Part shown: piece after piece, positions 17,258-20,000 of the stretch | Layout: every line of letters starts with the position of its first letter | Position numbering within the stretch: position 1 is the stretch's first letter | Assembly: GCA_049515535.1 (NCBI GenBank) | Contig: JBEKTZ010000004.1 | Span: forward strand, 181,462-201,461 | Direction: 5' to 3' | Origin: Candidatus Aminicenantales bacterium | GTDB lineage: Bacteria; Acidobacteriota; Aminicenantia; Aminicenantales; UBA4085 | Length of the DNA stretch: 20,000 nucleotides | Position numbers and translations under genes: made by a program | The notes under the pieces: model-generated | Database searches by the model: none | Told to the model about the DNA's origin: nothing | What the model saw: the letters and a program-made list of their open reading frames with translations, nothing else

Positions 17258-18368
17258 GAAGACGCTCTCAAACATTAGAGCTTCCTTACTACTCGGATGT
17301 GTTTTTTTTACATTAGCGTGTAGTACGCCGCCGGCTCCTCCAGAGGCCCAGAAGGCCGAGAGCCTGACACAGGAACTCTGGAGGGCCGGCGCTTCATTTT
17401 ATGACGAAAGAAGCTATATCCTTTTCAAGCAGGAGCTGAAAGCCGGGCAGGCTCATCTCGCCTGCGAAAATTCAAAATTCGGCTGGTTCCGAAATTATGG
17501 AGCCGTTCAAATCGAGTTCAGAAAGATCTTGAAGAGGGGCGAGGATCTTCTCCTCAAAATCCAGGAGCTCAAAAGCTCAAAATCCAAATTTTATGCGGAT
17601 CAAGCCGACGCGCTTACGGCCCATGTCGTTCATCTCAAGCAGATGACCAATTACTTCAATGAGAACGGCGCCGTGAGGAAGAGCCTGGCCCAAGCGGAGA
17701 TCAAGCTGGCTGTCTTGGAAAAACTTATTGGGAACGAGCACTATGAACCTGCTGGAGAATGTCTATCAGATGCCCAGGATTGCATCCGACAGGCAGAGCA
17801 GTCCATGGCCGGCGTTCTCAGCCGCTATATGGACAGGAAAGAGCTTGGAAGATGGCGGAAATGGGCCGATGAAACGATTTCCGAATCCCGGACTGAGGGG
17901 ACGGTCGCGGTGATCGTGAACAAGCTGGAGCGGAAACTGACGATCTATAAGAAAGGGATGATAGTGGCCAGCTTCGATATCGCCTTGGGCCGCTACGGGC
18001 TATCGGACAAACTCTATTCGGGGGACGAGGCGACGCCCGAAGGGAAATATCAGATCACAAAAAGGATTCCCGGAGGATCTTTTTACAAGGCGCTGCTGAT
18101 CAATTATCCGAACGAAGATGATGCGCAGGCTTTTGCCCTGGCCAAGAAAAAGGGGCTAGTGCCGGCTCATGCCGGTATTGGAAGCTTTATCGAGATCCAT
18201 GGCGGAGGGAAAGACAACCTGACCAAAGGATGCGTCGGGCTGGAAGACCGGGACATGGATATCGTTTATAAATGGGCCGAAGTGGGGACTCCCGTGACGA
18301 TCGTGGGGGCCATATCCAGCGAGAACACGATTCTGTCCGAGGTCAAGAAATTCGGTAAAAATGGCTAA
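17256..18368 (+). CDS. YkuD-family (L,D-transpeptidase-like, DpaA/YafK-type) lipoprotein with N-terminal helical domain
   Basis: TTG start, lipobox TLA-C, helical N-terminal half. C-terminal YkuD domain: VIVNKLERKLTIY, GDEATPEGKY, FYKALLINYPN, IEIHGGG...TKGCVGL, VGTPVTI. Confidence 0.85.
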   Translation: MKTLSNIRASLLLGCVFFTLACSTPPAPPEAQKAESLTQELWRAGASFYDERSYILFKQELKAGQAHLACENSKFGWFRNYGAVQIEFRKILKRGEDLLLKIQELKSSKSKFYADQADALTAHVVHLKQMTNYFNENGAVRKSLAQAEIKLAVLEKLIGNEHYEPAGECLSDAQDCIRQAEQSMAGVLSRYMDRKELGRWRKWADETISESRTEGTVAVIVNKLERKLTIYKKGMIVASFDIALGRYGLSDKLYSGDEATPEGKYQITKRIPGGSFYKALLINYPNEDDAQAFALAKKKGLVPAHAGIGSFIEIHGGGKDNLTKGCVGLEDRDMDIVYKWAEVGTPVTIVGAISSENTILSEVKKFGKNG

Positions 18369-19005
18369 AAAGAATTTGATTCGAATGCTGATCTTCCTGG
18401 CGGGGATCGTGATCTGTCTGGAGATCGTGGGCTATGGGCTCGAGATCTTCAGCTTGTCCAGAAGATCGAGGGAAGATCTTGTCGCCTCAAAGGCGCGAAA
18501 AAGCCTCAAAGAAGTTCAAGAGGCGAATGCCCTCCTGGTCAACAGGATCAAGTCTCTTTCGCCAAAAGGAATTTACATCGTCATCGACACCGCGGAGAAC
18601 AGGCTTTATGTCATGAACGGACCGAATGTGGCGAAAGAAGTCGTCGTCTCGTGCGGATCAGGAGATATCCTTCAGGAACCCGGAGGGGCTCGAAAATGGA
18701 TATTTGACACCCCCCGCGGCGAATTCAGCGTCTCTTCCAAGCTCGTCAATCCGACCTGGATCAAGCCGGATTGGGCGTTCATCGAGGAGGGAGAGAAACC
18801 GCCGCAGGATTATAATAAAAGGATCGATAATGATTCTTTGGGGGAATATGCTCTCGGGTTCGGCGACGGATATTTCATTCATGGAACGCTCTATACGAGA
18901 CTGCTGGGACGAAACGTCACGCACGGCTGCGTCCGGGTCGGCGATAAAGATTTAAAAGAGGTTTTTCAAGCCGTAATGATGGGCGCTAAGATTTTTATTT
19001 TTTGA
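18361..19005 (+). CDS. L,D-transpeptidase (YkuD/ErfK family) with N-terminal membrane anchor
   Basis: YIVIDTAENRLYV, TPRGEF, NPTWIKP and canonical FIHGT...LGRNVTHGCVRV; 8-bp overlap with the upstream gene. Confidence 0.92.
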   Translation: MAKKNLIRMLIFLAGIVICLEIVGYGLEIFSLSRRSREDLVASKARKSLKEVQEANALLVNRIKSLSPKGIYIVIDTAENRLYVMNGPNVAKEVVVSCGSGDILQEPGGARKWIFDTPRGEFSVSSKLVNPTWIKPDWAFIEEGEKPPQDYNKRIDNDSLGEYALGFGDGYFIHGTLYTRLLGRNVTHGCVRVGDKDLKEVFQAVMMGAKIFIF

Positions 19006-19667
19006 TATCGATGATGAAAAAACGGGCGGCCTTGATGATGATGCTCGGGTTCTTCGCGATCGCTTTGAAAGCACAGAACGCGAGCGTGGGAGACGAGCAA
19101 AACAAGCTTCTTGAAAATGAATTGACCTTGGCCCGGAAAGCGGCTTCGTACGTGATCATCAATCTTCAAGACAAGAGCATTTCCTTGAAAGCCAAAGGGA
19201 TCGTTCTTCGGAAATGGGGCATTCAAAGTTCGAAATCGTGGGGTCGACCGGTGGGCCCTGCCCCATATAAAATGACAAAAAAAAGTGCATTGTCTCAGCC
19301 CAAAAGGCCGGATATCACTCCCGGTCAAGAGGAAAAAAAGACCAAAGACAAAGAAAAAAAGGAGGCGTTTAACCTGGGCGTTCTCGAGCTGAAAGATATG
19401 CCCATTCATTATGATCTCTCTTTTGACGAAAATATTTACATCTCTGTCCGACCGAAAACCAAAAGGTTTTGGCCTTCGTTGATGAATATCGGAAAAACAA
19501 TATCATGGTTCGCGTATCTTCCAATGAAGACGATTTGGCATGTCTTAAAGAAGAAGCCGTTCACGGAAATCGAAATCGTCATGAAGAACGAAAAAGATGC
19601 CCAAGGGGTTTACTGGTCATTTTTAGACGGGCAAAGCACAATTATTTACCAACCAAAAACCAACTAA
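19002..19667 (+). CDS. Exported protein, degenerate YkuD-like fold lacking the catalytic Cys (start may be ATG 19011/19014)
   Basis: Signal-peptide-like N-terminus. YVIINLQDKSISLKAKG and the C-terminal KDAQGVYWSFLDGQSTIIY parallel the preceding LDT; there is no Cys in the protein. Confidence 0.6.
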   Translation: MISMMKKRAALMMMLGFFAIALKAQNASVGDEQNKLLENELTLARKAASYVIINLQDKSISLKAKGIVLRKWGIQSSKSWGRPVGPAPYKMTKKSALSQPKRPDITPGQEEKKTKDKEKKEAFNLGVLELKDMPIHYDLSFDENIYISVRPKTKRFWPSLMNIGKTISWFAYLPMKTIWHVLKKKPFTEIEIVMKNEKDAQGVYWSFLDGQSTIIYQPKTN

Positions 19668-19735
19668 CGCATTTAATATTATCTATCTAGCTTAAAATAA
19701 ACAAATTAAATATTTTATTTAAGTCTTAAAAATGC

Positions 19736-20000
<265 letters not shown>

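Overview
This is a GC-rich bacterial chromosomal window from a diderm organism; the gene mix would fit an anaerobic Acidobacteriota/Aminicenantes-like lineage, but that is inference only. From left to right it holds: (1) a minus-strand operon of PASTA protein, rpe, NDP-sugar epimerase, bamD, a putative outer-membrane beta-barrel and a partial ORF; (2) L-threonine aldolase; (3) an unannotated, amber-interrupted, truncated FadF/HdrE-like membrane-domain gene that ends in a ~185-bp element made of consecutive GC-rich hairpins; (4) lpdA; (5) a half complex I operon, nuoA-I without nuoJ-N; (6) malic enzyme; (7) a four-gene envelope operon; (8) the start of dnaK. The most interesting candidate is the four-gene operon at 16625-19667. 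It encodes an Ala/Lys-rich helical lipoprotein with signs of high expression, a DpaA/YafK-like YkuD lipoprotein carrying a copy of the same helical domain, a canonical L,D-transpeptidase, and a Cys-less YkuD-like pseudoenzyme. Together these suggest a non-Lpp outer-membrane-to-peptidoglycan tether with its own attaching and detaching enzymes.
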